A stretch of 64,000 nt of DNA from Gemmatimonadales bacterium (lineage in GTDB: Bacteria > Gemmatimonadota > Gemmatimonadetes > Gemmatimonadales > GWC2-71-9): NCBI GenBank assembly GCA_036522815.1, contig DATDFC010000140.1:4243-68242 (forward strand). Reading direction: 5' to 3'. A model generated the notes under the pieces. That model saw nothing but the letters and a program-made list of their open reading frames with translations, was not told the DNA's origin and did no database searches. The stretch's first letter is position 1, and each line of letters starts with the position of its first letter. Of the stretch, positions 9,415-20,469 are shown in pieces. Both the position numbers and the translations under genes were made by a program.

Positions 9415-11832
9415 TCAGTGACGCTGCGGGCCCCGGTCCATTGCCACGGTGAAATCCTGACCTTCCCAACGACCCGGCTCAGTCCAGAAGAAGGTGAATC
9501 GCAGGGGCGCTTCCTGATCGGGGGGGACTGAAAGATCCACGTAGTCGATCCCGGCCGCCGTACCGGCGGAGGGTGCCTCCTGCACATTGTGCCACTCGTT
9601 GCCGCTCCAGTGCAGGCGGAAGGGTGCCTGCGCCTGCACGCGCAGCGTCCAGCCCGGCCGCATCGCCCGGACGCGCCGGTTGAACGTCCAGACCTCGAGG
9701 GGCTGGCAGGCGCGCCGACCCTGCCCCAGGTAGCGCGCCGCGACGCTGGGGATGCGATCGAACACGGCGCCGTCACGCGCCGACCGCAGCAGTTTGATGT
9801 ACTCCGCGTGCGCCCACATCAGCGGCATCGCGGACCCGGTGGGCCGTCCCAGGTACATGAAGTACTCCGGCCGATCGGACTCGTCCCACACTTGCTCGGG
9901 CAAGAGCCCCGTGGCGCTGGCAAAGCCCTCCATCGCTTTGATGAACGTTCGGGCGTCGCGCCCCGCGGCCAATTCATAATGGCCCCGCTCCCCGGTGAGC
10001 AGCGGCCACGCGCGACCCTTTCCCCAGCCTTCGTACGGCCCGCCATTCTCCCGCTGGCCATAGCCGTCGTGGTTATAGCGATGCCAGCAGGGACCGAGTG
10101 GCGTATTCACTTTGAGCACGGCGTCCACGACACGCAACGAGTCCTCGATCAACGGGTCGTCGAACCTGCGGATCCCGTAACGCACCAGTTCGAGGAATCC
10201 CGCATCCACGACGTCCTTCGCTGGGAACTCGAACGGCTCCCCCGGCGGGCGGTTCCGCACCTGCAGGAGGCCGTGGTCCGCGTCTTCATCGGGCTCCGGA
10301 TCACCGGGGGCGACGGGGTGGATGCGGATGAAATGTCGGCTAATGCCCGGGACGAGGGCGCCTGCGGTCGTGACGGTCCAGGCGTCCACGTGACACTCGA
10401 GGAAGTCGGCGTATTCCTCGAAAAAACGCGCAGTCTGCGGGTCGCCCCGATCCGCGGCGAAGCTCGCGGCGCACATGAGGGCCGCGATGTTCACGGCGAG
10501 CGTGGACGGGGAGTAGCCGCTGTTCTCCTCCCATCGCTCTTGCGGCGTGACGGGGCCCTCGCGGACCAAGTACCCGGCCGCACGCACCACCAGCGAGTAG
10601 GGATCGAAATCGCGGAGCGCGTTCACCTCACGCAACCGCCAGGCGAGCAATATCGGGAACGCGACCTCGTCCAGCTGGATGCCCTGCCGGTACGGCTCGC
10701 CATCGATCCAGAAGTTCTGATAGAAACCGCCGTCGGGACGCTGCGCGCAGGCGAGATAAATGAGGGCTCGCAGCGGCAGGTCCGTGTTGCCCGACGCGAG
10801 CAGCCCGAGCGCGCTGTGCACCATGTCACGGGTCCAGACGAGATGGTAGCCACCCAGGTCTTCATCTCCCTTCGCCTCGCCCCAAGGGATCGAGAGCGAC
10901 GCGATCGTCGCCCCCTGATAGGTCTTGTCCTCGTGGGCGAGCAGCAGGCTATGGCTCGCGTGGTACAACCGGCCGCCGTCCGTGGACAACGCCGCGAGCG
11001 GCTCGATCGTCCGGCGCGCGCGGGTCCACTGCTCGACGAAACGCTGCTGTTGGTCGGCGAACGGGAAGCCGAGGGACTGGAACAGCGTGGTCAGCGCGTT
11101 ATGGAGCGAATCGCCGAAGGCCAGCCCCAGCACAAACTCGTGCCCGCGGGCGAGATCGAGCTCACCGGTGAGGGCGATATTCCCGTCCACGGCGGCGTCG
11201 AACTCCCAGTCCATCTCGTAGTTCTCAGCCAGATCGGTCCAGCCGTCCGACCGACCCACATAGCCGCACGAGCACCGCAAGAATGGGATCGTGGCCGCGA
11301 GCGCGAGCCAGACCGGTCCCTTGTGCGCCACGAGCACCTCGCGCCCGTTCTGGACCGCCACGAACCCGCTGTTTCCCCAGCCACTCCCATCGAGGTGCGG
11401 CGCGAGCAGCGCGAACAGTCGGAGCGTCTCGAGCGACTCCGGGACCGCGGTGACCCGCGTCCGGATCAGGACACACGCCTGATGGGGACTCGTGATGATC
11501 TCTTTCTCGATACGGTAGCGCTGCTCCGGATCGACGCTCGTGACCCGAACTCCCAGGGAGCGGTCGTCGATGTACTCCGACGTGCACTTCAGGTGTCGCC
11601 GCTCGTCGTGGAAGAACGAGCTGCCGTCGGTGATGAGATACTGGAGGTCGCGGATCTGGGGGCGATCCACGGTCGGGTAATACACCTCGTTCAGCACGCC
11701 GCGCGACATCGTGAACCACACGCGGCTCGACGCGGCATAGGCCGTGCCCACGGCGTCCTTCGCGCTGCGCGTCCAGCGCGGCGCGATGCCGGGGTGCCCG
11801 AACGCCTGGCGTGCTGTGCGGACAACGGCCAT
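9415..11832 (-). CDS. GH15 glucoamylase/glucodextranase-family glycoside hydrolase
   Basis: 805 aa. The N-terminal [21 protein letters not shown]...[19 protein letters not shown] and the (alpha/alpha)6 region [13 protein letters not shown] are typical of bacterial GH15 enzymes. Confidence 0.85.
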   Translation of the reverse strand: MAVVRTARQAFGHPGIAPRWTRSAKDAVGTAYAASSRVWFTMSRGVLNEVYYPTVDRPQIRDLQYLITDGSSFFHDERRHLKCTSEYIDDRSLGVRVTSVDPEQRYRIEKEIITSPHQACVLIRTRVTAVPESLETLRLFALLAPHLDGSGWGNSGFVAVQNGREVLVAHKGPVWLALAATIPFLRCSCGYVGRSDGWTDLAENYEMDWEFDAAVDGNIALTGELDLARGHEFVLGLAFGDSLHNALTTLFQSLGFPFADQQQRFVEQWTRARRTIEPLAALSTDGGRLYHASHSLLLAHEDKTYQGATIASLSIPWGEAKGDEDLGGYHLVWTRDMVHSALGLLASGNTDLPLRALIYLACAQRPDGGFYQNFWIDGEPYRQGIQLDEVAFPILLAWRLREVNALRDFDPYSLVVRAAGYLVREGPVTPQERWEENSGYSPSTLAVNIAALMCAASFAADRGDPQTARFFEEYADFLECHVDAWTVTTAGALVPGISRHFIRIHPVAPGDPEPDEDADHGLLQVRNRPPGEPFEFPAKDVVDAGFLELVRYGIRRFDDPLIEDSLRVVDAVLKVNTPLGPCWHRYNHDGYGQRENGGPYEGWGKGRAWPLLTGERGHYELAAGRDARTFIKAMEGFASATGLLPEQVWDESDRPEYFMYLGRPTGSAMPLMWAHAEYIKLLRSARDGAVFDRIPSVAARYLGQGRRACQPLEVWTFNRRVRAMRPGWTLRVQAQAPFRLHWSGNEWHNVQEAPSAGTAAGIDYVDLSVPPDQEAPLRFTFFWTEPGRWEGQDFTVAMDRGPQRH

Positions 11833-12831
11833 TTACTGGCTCATCTCCGCCCGACACCGCTCCGCCGCGACTGCCGCAGCGCCGAGCAGTCCGACGCTGC
11901 CATTCGTGATGACGCCGACGGGGACGCGGCGCATGAAGGGGGAAAGGCGCCCCTTGGCGCGAAACGCGGCCAGAAAGGGCCCGTTCTTGAGCTTCGTCAC
12001 GATCCGCGGCGCGATCCCCCCGGCCACGAAGACGCCGCCCGTCGCGAGAGCGGTCAGGGCCAGGTCCCCCGCCACCGCGCCGAGCAGCGAGGTGAACCGG
12101 TCGAGCGCAGCGGCGCAGAGCGGATCCGTTCCGTCCAGACCGTGCTGCACAATGACGGCCGCGGGATCCTGTCGACCCATCTCAGCCCGGACTGCGTCGT
12201 TCTCCACGACGAGGCCTGCCGCCGCGAGATGCCGGTAGATGGCGATCAGGCCGGGTCCCGAAACGACCCGCTCGCGGGAGACACGCCCGAACTCATCCTG
12301 CAGCGAGCGGCGGAGCTCCCACTCGACCTGGTCACGCGCCGCGAACTCCGCATGCCCACCCTCCGACGCATGGACGCGATAGTGGCCGCCATCCCAGGAG
12401 AGAAACGCCTCCCCGAGCCCCGTGCCCGCGCCGATGAGCGCGACGGGGCCGTGGGCGATCGGCTCTCCATCTTGGAGGGTCTCGACGTCCTTCGGCCCGA
12501 GCAGGGCGAGCCCGTGACCGACGGCGTCGAAGTCATTGATGACGGAGGTATGGGCGATCCCGATCGCCGCAGCCAGTTCGCGCTCGTCTATGGTCCACGG
12601 CAGGTTGGCCGTCCGGGCCACGCCGTCGATCACGCGGCCGGCGACCGCGAAGCAGGCCCACTCGAGTGACCTCCCCGCTTCCCCGAGGAAGCGCTGCACA
12701 ATCGGCGCGAGGCCGGGAGCTTCCTGAGACGCGAACCGCTGCTCTCCTTCAATGCGCGCGCGCCCGCCATCGACATCGATGATCGCGAGCCGTGCGTTCG
12801 TGCCACCGATGTCGCCGGCGAGCACTCTCAC
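11833..12831 (-). CDS. glk: Glucokinase
   Basis: N-terminal RVLAGDIGGTNARLAIIDV ATP-binding motif. The GTG start overlaps the glgA stop (GTGA), and its stop abuts the GH15 start. Confidence 0.85.
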   Translation of the reverse strand: MRVLAGDIGGTNARLAIIDVDGGRARIEGEQRFASQEAPGLAPIVQRFLGEAGRSLEWACFAVAGRVIDGVARTANLPWTIDERELAAAIGIAHTSVINDFDAVGHGLALLGPKDVETLQDGEPIAHGPVALIGAGTGLGEAFLSWDGGHYRVHASEGGHAEFAARDQVEWELRRSLQDEFGRVSRERVVSGPGLIAIYRHLAAAGLVVENDAVRAEMGRQDPAAVIVQHGLDGTDPLCAAALDRFTSLLGAVAGDLALTALATGGVFVAGGIAPRIVTKLKNGPFLAAFRAKGRLSPFMRRVPVGVITNGSVGLLGAAAVAAERCRAEMSQ

Positions 12832-14402
12832 GGCGCCTCCGCGCTGTGCCTCGTGCGCGCGGACCGCGACGCCAGCGCTCGTCCATACACCTGCACATAT
12901 CCCTCGGCGGAGCGCCGCCAGCCAAAATCCTGGCTCATCGCTACGTGCATCATTCGCTCCCAGGAGCGTCCTTCCGCGTAGCGTTCGATCGCCCGCCGCG
13001 TCACGCGCGCGAGCGCCGCCGGCGCATACTCGTCGAACAGAAAGCCGGTCGCTCCGTCCTCGATCGTGTCGGCCAGCCCACCGACGCGACGAGCCACCGG
13101 AATGGTGCCGTAGAGCTGCGCGCGCATCTGTGTCAGGCCGCAGGGCTCATACAGTGACGGCATCAGCAGCATGTCCGCCCCCGCCAGCAGCTCGTGCTCG
13201 ACTCGATCGGTGAAGGTAACTTGTGCCGCGATGCGGTCGGGCGCGGCGGCGGCCCAGTCGGTCAAGGCCTGTTCATAACGCCTCTCCCCCCCTCCCAGAA
13301 ACACGAATTGCGCGTCGCGTGTGGCCAACAGATCGCCTCCCAGAATTAAGTCGAGGCCTTTCTGTGCGACCAGGCGCGCGCTCATCGCGACTAGCGGGAT
13401 CAGGGGGGTGGGTGCCAGACCGAAGGCCCGCTGCAGCGCGGCCTTGCAGCGCCGCTTGCCGGCCAGGTCGGCCGGCGAATACGGCGCTGGAATCGCAGGG
13501 TCCGCCTGGGGATTCCAGACGGCGCAATCGATTCCATTCAATATCCCGACGAGCCGATCTCCGAGCGCGGCAAAGCTGTCATCGAGCCCGAACCCACCCT
13601 GCGGCGTTCGCAGCTCTCGGGCATGCGACGGACTTACCGTGACCACGGCGTCGGAAAACGCCAGGCCACCTTTCAGGACGTTCATCTGGCCGAACCACTC
13701 GAGCGCCCGCCAATCGTAGAGCTCCGCGGCCAGTCCGAGGTCTGCGACGGTGTCGGGTGGGAAATGCCCCTGAAACCCCGCGTTGTGGACCGACAGCACC
13801 GTGCCCAGCCGGTCGTAGTCAGGCTCTCCGGCGTGCGCGGTCCGCAGGTAGACCGGAGCCAGGGCCGCATGCCAGTCGTGCGCGTGTAGGATCCGAGCGG
13901 GCGGCGCGATCCGGGGCAGTACCGCGAGCGCCGCTCGGGCGAACAGCGCGAATCGCCGGGCGTTGTCCGGGTAGTCCGACCCCTCCTCGCCGTAGATGCC
14001 CGGTCGATCGAAGTAGTCCTGGTGCTCGATGAAAAAGACGGCCGGGCCGGGACCGGGCTCCGCGAGCCGGAACAGTCGTGCGCCTTCCACCCGCGGTCCC
14101 ACTTGGACCGGAAAGGGAGGGCCAACCGGATGGAGGCGGGATGCGACCTCTCGCACGCTGCGATGCAGCGGCATGACGACCGTGGTCGACATCCCTGACG
14201 CCGCTTGAAAGCGGGCCAGACCGCTGACCGCTTCACCCAGTCCCCCGGTTCGCGCCAGCGGCAAGTACTCCCACGCGAGGTGGACGACCCCAACACGCTG
14301 CGGGTGCTGCGGCGCCGGCGCGGGAACAATGCCGTCCGGGAGCCGCCGCGTGGCGGCACCGTGGCGTGACGGCGCGAGCGTGCTGGTTTGTTTGGGGGTC
14401 AT
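12828..14402 (-). CDS. glgA: Glycogen (starch) synthase
   Basis: VVHLAWEYLPLARTGGLGEAV (K/R-TGGL motif) and C-terminal MPSLYEPCGLTQMRAQLYGTIPVARRVGGLADT. The start was set at the ATG at 14402, preceded by GAGGTGG. Confidence 0.85.
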   Translation of the reverse strand: MTPKQTSTLAPSRHGAATRRLPDGIVPAPAPQHPQRVGVVHLAWEYLPLARTGGLGEAVSGLARFQAASGMSTTVVMPLHRSVREVASRLHPVGPPFPVQVGPRVEGARLFRLAEPGPGPAVFFIEHQDYFDRPGIYGEEGSDYPDNARRFALFARAALAVLPRIAPPARILHAHDWHAALAPVYLRTAHAGEPDYDRLGTVLSVHNAGFQGHFPPDTVADLGLAAELYDWRALEWFGQMNVLKGGLAFSDAVVTVSPSHARELRTPQGGFGLDDSFAALGDRLVGILNGIDCAVWNPQADPAIPAPYSPADLAGKRRCKAALQRAFGLAPTPLIPLVAMSARLVAQKGLDLILGGDLLATRDAQFVFLGGGERRYEQALTDWAAAAPDRIAAQVTFTDRVEHELLAGADMLLMPSLYEPCGLTQMRAQLYGTIPVARRVGGLADTIEDGATGFLFDEYAPAALARVTRRAIERYAEGRSWERMMHVAMSQDFGWRRSAEGYVQVYGRALASRSARTRHSAEAP

Positions 14403-14419
14403 AAGCCACCTCGGCGCAT

Positions 14420-14498
14420 CGTTACGCGAATAGTCACGGGCGGCGTGGCGGAGCGCCAATAGCCCGTTCGTACCATAGGCGCCAACGCCAGTCACCGG
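14420..14498 (-). repeat. Conserved ~80-nt intergenic element, copy B
   Basis: Minus-sense core ATGGTACGAACGGGCTATTGGC, in the 90-nt gap between tkt and glgA. The 5' GTGA of the element contains the tkt stop codon. Confidence 0.8.
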
Positions 14499-16561
14499 GC
14501 GAGAATCGCCTTCGCCGTCGCGACGACGTGCTCCACGCTGAACCCATACCGCGCCATCACCTCGGGTCCCGGCGCCGACGCACCGAAGCGGTCCACCGCG
14601 ATGATCGCGCCGTCCGGCCCGACGTACCGTTCCCAGCCGAACGGCGAGCCCGCTTCCACGCTGACCCTCGCGTGCACCGCGGGCGGCAGTACCGCTTGGC
14701 GGTATTCGGCCGATTGCGCCTCGAACAACTCCCATGACGGCATCGACACCACGCGGCTGCGAACGCCCTCGCCGGCGAGCTGCCGGTACGCCTCGAGCGC
14801 GAGCGACACTTCCGAGCCCGTCGCGATGAGGATGAGCTCGGGCAGCCCCTCACCCGCGTCGATCAGGACGTATGCGCCGCGTGCGGTGCCGGCGGCCGGA
14901 GCGAGCGTCGTCCGGTCGAGTACCGGCAGCTTCTGGCGTGTGAGCACCAGACCGACGGGCCCGCTCGTGTGCCGCATCGCGATCCGCCAGGCCTCGACCG
15001 TTTCGTTAGCGTCGGCCGGCCGGAGTAGCAGCAGGTTCGGCATCGCCCGCAGACTGGCCAGCTGCTCGACCGGTTGATGCGTTGGTCCGTCCTCGCCCAG
15101 GGCGATGCTGTCGTGGGTCCACACGTAGATCACGTGTCCCGCGCTCAACGCGGCGAGCCGGATACTCGGGCGCATGTAATCCGAGAACGTCAGGAAGGTC
15201 GCGCCGAACGGCACGACGCCCCCATGGTGCGCCATTCCCGTGAGGATCGCGGTCATCGCGTGCTCGCGGATCCCGAAGTGGAGGTTCCGTCCCGCGTACC
15301 CCCACACCCCGCCCGCCGCTCCCTGGGTCGGCGGAGTCTGCCCGTCCTTCGACAGGGTCGCGCCCTGGAAGTCCCCCTTGCCTTTCATCATTGTGCGCGT
15401 GGACGGATCGAGATCCGCCGACCCGCCGACGAGATTGGGCACCGATTCGGCTAGCGCCTCGATCGTCTTGCTACCTGCGTCGCGCGTGGCCACCGCACCG
15501 TCCTGGGGCGTGTACGTGGGCAGCTTGTCGTCCCAGTGCGGGGGCAGCTGGCCTGCCATGACGCGATCGAACTCGCCGGCGAGCTCCCCGTGTGCGGCAC
15601 GGTAGCCGTCCATGACCTGCTGCCAGGCGGTGCGCCACGCCGCCCCGCGCGTACCGACCTTGTCGAATTCCCGCTGCGCCTCCTCCGGGACGTAAAACGT
15701 CCGGTCTTCCGGCCAGCCGTAGGCCCGCTTTGTCAGCCGCACTTCGTCCGCTCCCAGCGGCTCGCCGTGGGCCTGGAAGGTGTCCTGCTTGTGCGGACTC
15801 CCGAACCCGATGTGCGTGCGCGCCACGATAAGCGAGGGCCGGTTTTCCTCGGCGCGGGCTGCCGCGAGCGCCGCGTCCACCGCGGCCAGGTCCATCCCGT
15901 CCACGTGTTGGACGTGCCAGCCGTATGCCGCGAAGCGCGCCCCGACGTCTTCCGAGAAGGTGACGTTGGTGGTCGCCGAGAGGGTCACGCGGTTCGCGTC
16001 GTACAGCACGATCAGCCGGCCGAGCTGCAGGTCGCCGGCGAGCGATGCCGCTTCGGCGGCGACGCCCTCCATCAGGTCCCCGTCGCTCGCGATGACGTAG
16101 GTGCGGTGGTCCACGATCGAGTGACCCGGCCGGTTGAACGTGGCCGCCAGCCACCGTTCCGCGATCGCCATCCCGACGGCATTGCCGAATCCTTGGCCGA
16201 GCGGCCCCGTGGTCACCTCGATGCCGCTGCTGCTCCCGCGCTCAGGATGCCCGGGGGTTCGGCTGCCCCAGCGCCTGAAGTGCTTCAGGTCGTCCAGGGT
16301 GAGGTCGTACCCCGTCAGAAACAACAGGCTGTAGAGCAGCATGCTCCCGTGCCCCGCCGACAGGATGAACCGGTCGCGATTGACCCATTTCGGCTGTGTG
16401 GGGTCATGCCTGAGGTGTCGCGTCCACAGCACGTAGGCCATCGGGGCGGCGCCCATTGGCATTCCCGGATGTCCCGACGCCGCCTGCTCTACGGCATCGA
16501 TGCTGAGCGCGCGGATGGTGTTGATGCAGAGATTGTCGATGGTGACCGTCTGGGCCGTCAT
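14492..16561 (-). CDS. tkt: Transketolase
   Basis: [40 protein letters not shown] and the GDGDLMEG-type ThDP motif ([10 protein letters not shown]). The ATG at 16561 overlaps the pgi stop (ATGA). Confidence 0.9.
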   Translation of the reverse strand: MTAQTVTIDNLCINTIRALSIDAVEQAASGHPGMPMGAAPMAYVLWTRHLRHDPTQPKWVNRDRFILSAGHGSMLLYSLLFLTGYDLTLDDLKHFRRWGSRTPGHPERGSSSGIEVTTGPLGQGFGNAVGMAIAERWLAATFNRPGHSIVDHRTYVIASDGDLMEGVAAEAASLAGDLQLGRLIVLYDANRVTLSATTNVTFSEDVGARFAAYGWHVQHVDGMDLAAVDAALAAARAEENRPSLIVARTHIGFGSPHKQDTFQAHGEPLGADEVRLTKRAYGWPEDRTFYVPEEAQREFDKVGTRGAAWRTAWQQVMDGYRAAHGELAGEFDRVMAGQLPPHWDDKLPTYTPQDGAVATRDAGSKTIEALAESVPNLVGGSADLDPSTRTMMKGKGDFQGATLSKDGQTPPTQGAAGGVWGYAGRNLHFGIREHAMTAILTGMAHHGGVVPFGATFLTFSDYMRPSIRLAALSAGHVIYVWTHDSIALGEDGPTHQPVEQLASLRAMPNLLLLRPADANETVEAWRIAMRHTSGPVGLVLTRQKLPVLDRTTLAPAAGTARGAYVLIDAGEGLPELILIATGSEVSLALEAYRQLAGEGVRSRVVSMPSWELFEAQSAEYRQAVLPPAVHARVSVEAGSPFGWERYVGPDGAIIAVDRFGASAPGPEVMARYGFSVEHVVATAKAILAR

Positions 16562-18198
16562 CCAGCGCTCCCTCGCGAACCCCGGTAGCGGCGGATCAGC
16601 GCCGCCGTCGAGCTGTCGTGGGCGTCCGCGGCAGCCCCGGAGCCCCGCAGCTCGCCCGCGATCCGCTGTGCCAACGTCTTGCCGAGCTCCACACCCCATT
16701 GATCGAACGAGTCGATGTTCCAGATGACGCCCTGCGTAAACACGCTGTGCTCGTACAGCGCGACGAGCGAGCCCAGAGTCGCCGGCGTCAACCGCTCGGC
16801 GAGAATCGTCGAGCTCGGCCGATTCCCCTCGAAGACGCGGTGCGGCACGAGCCACGCCGGCGTCCCTTCGGCCGCGATCTCGCGCTCCGTCTTGCCGAAG
16901 GCGAGCGCCTCGGCCTGCGCGAACACGTTCGCCATGAGCAGATCGTGGTGACCGTCCAGCGGGTTCAGCGATCGGGAGAACGCGATGAAGTCGCACGGGA
17001 TGAGCTTGGTGCCTTGATGAATCAGCTGATAGAACGAATGCTGTCCATTGGTGCCCGGCTCCCCCCAGAGAATCGGCCCGGTCTGGTAATCGACGCGGCT
17101 GCCGTCGAGCGTGGTGCGCTTCCCGTTGCTCTCCATCGTCAACTGCTGGAGATACGCGGGAAAGCGCTTGAGGTATTGGTCGTACGGCAACACCGCGACC
17201 GTCTGCGCATCGAAGAAGTCGCCGTACCAGACCGCGAGCAGCCCCATGATCACCGGGAGATTTCGCTCGAACGGCGCGGTGCGAAAATGCACGTCCATCG
17301 CATGGAACCCACCCAGCATGTCGCGGAAGTGCTCCGGGCCGATCGCCAGCATCGTGGACAGCCCGATCGCCGAATCCATCGAGTAACGCCCGCCGACCCA
17401 GTCCCAGAAGGGGAACATGTTGGCGGGATCGATGCCGAACGTCGCGACGCCCTCGCCGTTCGTCGACACGGCGACGAAGTGCTGCCGTACCGCCCGCTCG
17501 TCGCCGAGCTTGCGCAGGCACCAGGCACGAGCCGAGTGCGCGTTGGTCAGGGTCTCGAGCGTCGTGAAAGTCTTGGAGCAGACGATGAACAGGGTCTCCT
17601 CGGGGTCGAGGTCACGCGTGGCTTCCACGAGGTCCGTGCCATCGACGTTGGAGACGAAGCGCAACGTCAGGTCGCGCCGACTGTAATGCCGCAACGCCTC
17701 GTAGGCCATCGCCGGGCCGAGATCGGAGCCGCCGATGCCGATGTTGACGATGGTGCGGATCGGCCGCCCGGTGTGCCCGCGCCAGCGGCCGCTGCGCACC
17801 TCGTCGCAGAAGGCCGCCATGCGGTCGAGGACGGCGTGCACCTCGGCTGCTGCATCCGCTCCGTCGACCAGCATCCGCTCCCGCTTGGGAGCCCGTAGAG
17901 CGACGTGGAGCGCGGCCCGCCGCTCGGTCACGTTGATCTTCTGGCCGCGGAACATGGCATCGATGCGCCGGGCCAAGCCGCATGCCTCGGCCAGCCGGAG
18001 CAGCAAACCGAGCGTCACATCGGTTACGCGATGTTTCGAGTAGTCGAGATAGAGCCCGGCGGCTTCGGCGGTCAGACGCTCGCCCCGGCGTGGATCGTCG
18101 GCGAAGAGCTGGCGCAGATGCCGCTGGCTCATCTGCTGGTAGTGTTCAGCCAGGGCTTTCCACGCCGGGAGCGCGGTGAGCGGTGGCTGCGCCGTCAT
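16558..18198 (-). CDS. pgi: Glucose-6-phosphate isomerase
   Basis: [23 protein letters not shown] and [18 protein letters not shown] signatures. The ATG at 18198 overlaps the tal stop (ATGA). Confidence 0.9.
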   Translation of the reverse strand: MTAQPPLTALPAWKALAEHYQQMSQRHLRQLFADDPRRGERLTAEAAGLYLDYSKHRVTDVTLGLLLRLAEACGLARRIDAMFRGQKINVTERRAALHVALRAPKRERMLVDGADAAAEVHAVLDRMAAFCDEVRSGRWRGHTGRPIRTIVNIGIGGSDLGPAMAYEALRHYSRRDLTLRFVSNVDGTDLVEATRDLDPEETLFIVCSKTFTTLETLTNAHSARAWCLRKLGDERAVRQHFVAVSTNGEGVATFGIDPANMFPFWDWVGGRYSMDSAIGLSTMLAIGPEHFRDMLGGFHAMDVHFRTAPFERNLPVIMGLLAVWYGDFFDAQTVAVLPYDQYLKRFPAYLQQLTMESNGKRTTLDGSRVDYQTGPILWGEPGTNGQHSFYQLIHQGTKLIPCDFIAFSRSLNPLDGHHDLLMANVFAQAEALAFGKTEREIAAEGTPAWLVPHRVFEGNRPSSTILAERLTPATLGSLVALYEHSVFTQGVIWNIDSFDQWGVELGKTLAQRIAGELRGSGAAADAHDSSTAALIRRYRGSRGSAG

Positions 18199-19301
18199 CG
18201 TTGGCCCGCACTCGTGGATGCCCCCTGCTGGAGCGTGGCGCTCTTCGACGCGATGCAGTCCAGCAGATCCTGCCATGACTTGTCGAAAGATACGGTCCCC
18301 TCGCGTTGGAGCCGGGTCGCGAGTGCCGCATCGTCCACCCCCTGCCGTCTGAAGGCGGCGATCGTGTTTTCGGCATCGCCACCATCGACCGGCATCACAC
18401 CGCGCAGCTGCCCGTGTTCGGCAAAGGCGAGCAAGGTCCTGTCGGGAATGGTGTTGATGGTGTCCGGCGCGGCCAGCGTCTCGATGTACAGCGTGTCCGA
18501 AGCGGCGGGATCCTTGGTCCCGGTGCTGGCCCAGAGCAGGCGCTGCGTCCGGGCGCCGGCGGCCGCCAGTCGCCGCCACCGCGGCGACGCCAGCAGCACG
18601 CGGTACGCTTTGTACGTGCGTTTGGCGACGGCGATACCCAGACGATTGCGCAGCTCCTGGGGCACCACGCCCTGAACCGCCACGTCCCAGCGGCTGACGA
18701 ACAACGATGCCACGGAAACGACGCGCGGATTCAAGCCAGCCGTGAGTCGTCGCTCGATCCCCCGCATGTAGGCCTCGGCCGCCGCCAGGTACTGCTCGGC
18801 GGAAAACAGCAACGTCACATTGATCGGCACTCCAGCGAGGATCGAGGCCTCGATCGCGGGAATGCCCTCCGGCGTGCCCGGGATCTTGATGAACAGATTG
18901 GCGCGGTTTGCTCGGGCGTGCAGTTGCGCTGCCGCCGCGATCGTGCTGGCGGTATCGTTGGCGAGCAACGGAGACACCTCCAACGACACCCACCCATCGG
19001 CCCCACCCGTGTGGTCGTGGACCGGGCGGAACAAATCGGCGGCCTGGGTCAAGTCCTCGAGTGCGAGGTCGAAGAACAACCCTTCACCTGACTTGCCTTG
19101 AGCCGTTTTCTGGCGGATGGCGCTGTCGTAGGAGTCGCCATTCTTGATGGCGTGATCAAAAATCGTGGGATTGGACGTCAGCCCCGTCACTGAGAACTCG
19201 GCGATGTAGCGCCGCAAGGTGCCATCCGTCAGGAGCCCGCGGGTGATGTTATCGAGCCACAGGCTTTGTCCGAGCTCGTGCAGTCGTTGTGTCGTCTTCA
19301 T
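18195..19301 (-). CDS. tal: Transaldolase (long type)
   Basis: [24 protein letters not shown]...[11 protein letters not shown] and [10 protein letters not shown] (active-site Lys). Confidence 0.9.
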   Translation of the reverse strand: MKTTQRLHELGQSLWLDNITRGLLTDGTLRRYIAEFSVTGLTSNPTIFDHAIKNGDSYDSAIRQKTAQGKSGEGLFFDLALEDLTQAADLFRPVHDHTGGADGWVSLEVSPLLANDTASTIAAAAQLHARANRANLFIKIPGTPEGIPAIEASILAGVPINVTLLFSAEQYLAAAEAYMRGIERRLTAGLNPRVVSVASLFVSRWDVAVQGVVPQELRNRLGIAVAKRTYKAYRVLLASPRWRRLAAAGARTQRLLWASTGTKDPAASDTLYIETLAAPDTINTIPDRTLLAFAEHGQLRGVMPVDGGDAENTIAAFRRQGVDDAALATRLQREGTVSFDKSWQDLLDCIASKSATLQQGASTSAGQR

Positions 19302-19310
19302 GTGTCGCTC

Positions 19311-20006
19311 CTAGCGCGTACGCGCAACGTTGGTTCCGTGAACGAGGGCGGTCAGATCATAATCGACCAGATCCCCGATCCGCTCGACCGTCAGATCGGC
19401 TGGGGGATAGGCGATGATGTTCTTGCGGTCCAGCGCGTAGTGTCCCTGTCGCGGGAAGATCGTGGTCAATCGGTCTCCCCATTTCCCTTTCATCAGAGAG
19501 AGGATGCGCAGTTTGTCGTCCACCATGACGTAGTGTCGGGCCGGGTAACACTTGGCCACGGCCTCCAGCATCTGTTCCTTGTGGACATAGATCAGTACTC
19601 GACCCTCGACTGCCGCCCACAGCCCCGAGCGCTGGATTTTGCGTGGCTGAAATACCACATCGCCATCCGAAAGGATGACCGTTAACCCCATGGTCCGAAG
19701 ATGTTGGATGGCATCGAGCGCGCCGGGATACAACCGGCTGGCAAACGGATAGTCGACCAGAAACGACGACATCAGCAGCAACCGCGGGTCGCTCACATCG
19801 CCGAGCCGGTAGCGCTGCAACGCGCCCAGGTAGTCCGCGTAGCCCAGTTCGGCGCGCAACTGCTCGAAGATCGCCCAGAACCGGTCCCGGCTCTCCGATC
19901 CGAATTCGAGGGCAAGATGGTCTTGGAGATCGTCCAGCACGCGGTCGTTGTCGAGCAGCGTATTGTCGCAGTCAAGGAGGAATACGACATCATCCGGGGA
20001 GGTCAC
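19311..20006 (-). CDS. HAD-superfamily hydrolase
   Basis: N-terminal FLLDCDNTLLDND (DxDxT motif). The GTG start overlaps the upstream stop (GTGA). Confidence 0.7.
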   Translation of the reverse strand: MTSPDDVVFLLDCDNTLLDNDRVLDDLQDHLALEFGSESRDRFWAIFEQLRAELGYADYLGALQRYRLGDVSDPRLLLMSSFLVDYPFASRLYPGALDAIQHLRTMGLTVILSDGDVVFQPRKIQRSGLWAAVEGRVLIYVHKEQMLEAVAKCYPARHYVMVDDKLRILSLMKGKWGDRLTTIFPRQGHYALDRKNIIAYPPADLTVERIGDLVDYDLTALVHGTNVARTR

Positions 20007-20341
20007 GTCGTCGCCTCAACCGCGCCGACGCCATGGCTGGCCAGCGCCCGCTCGAACCACTCACGGATCGCCTCGTCACATCCCAGGGCCGATTCTGCGA
20101 GCACTGACGCCCGCGCCGTTGTTGCTGGCCCTTGTTGGGTCGCACACCACGCCGCCTCAAACGAGGGGAGCGTCGCGGCCGCTTCCCCGTGGACGAGCTC
20201 GAGCGGAAACGGGCGAGTCCGAAACGTCACCTTGCCTTCGTACTCCTTGGCCACACGGTGCAGTCGCACGGCAGCGATGTAGCACCAGGGGCAATAGTAC
20301 TCCGCCCACTCCGAGAGCTCGGGAATCGGCCGGTCATTCAT
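20003..20341 (-). CDS. DsbA/FrnE-like thioredoxin-fold protein (short, possibly truncated)
   Basis: The EYYCPWCYIA CxxC motif resembles DsbA-family oxidoreductases. At 112 aa it is roughly half the usual length. Confidence 0.5.
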   Translation of the reverse strand: MNDRPIPELSEWAEYYCPWCYIAAVRLHRVAKEYEGKVTFRTRPFPLELVHGEAAATLPSFEAAWCATQQGPATTARASVLAESALGCDEAIREWFERALASHGVGAVEATT

Positions 20342-20469
20342 AGAGCACGACGCCCCAAGTAGCTAGGAGCACTCCGCCGAGGGCGAAGCGGGCTGCAATG
20401 AAACGGGCATCGCGAATAGGATTGCTCCTCAAGAACGGCGACGTGTTCAACGTAGGACGGTACCGCGTG

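Noticed and set aside
9589-12669. 1026-aa ORF on the plus strand. Similar very long ORFs occur at 39246..42320 (-), 16618..17898 (+), 15536..16588 (+), 50525..52126 (-), 28874..29674 (-) and 59663..61522 (+, N-terminal part).
   Set aside because: They lie antisense to, or out of frame with, genes that have unmistakable family motifs (GH15/glk, RND pump, pgi, tkt, RHS, oxidase, gspK). Their Arg/Pro/Gly/Ala-rich, low-complexity translations are typical shadow ORFs of high-GC DNA.
8352-18993. Long N-terminal extensions in the ORF track for gnd (474 aa), glgA (635 aa), tkt (1009 aa), pgi (811 aa) and zwf (509 aa).
   Set aside because: The extensions read through the 3' ends of the upstream genes in another frame and are low-complexity. 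Each real start is an internal ATG or GTG that forms an ATGA/GTGA overlap, or follows a Shine-Dalgarno, and gives a canonical N-terminus.
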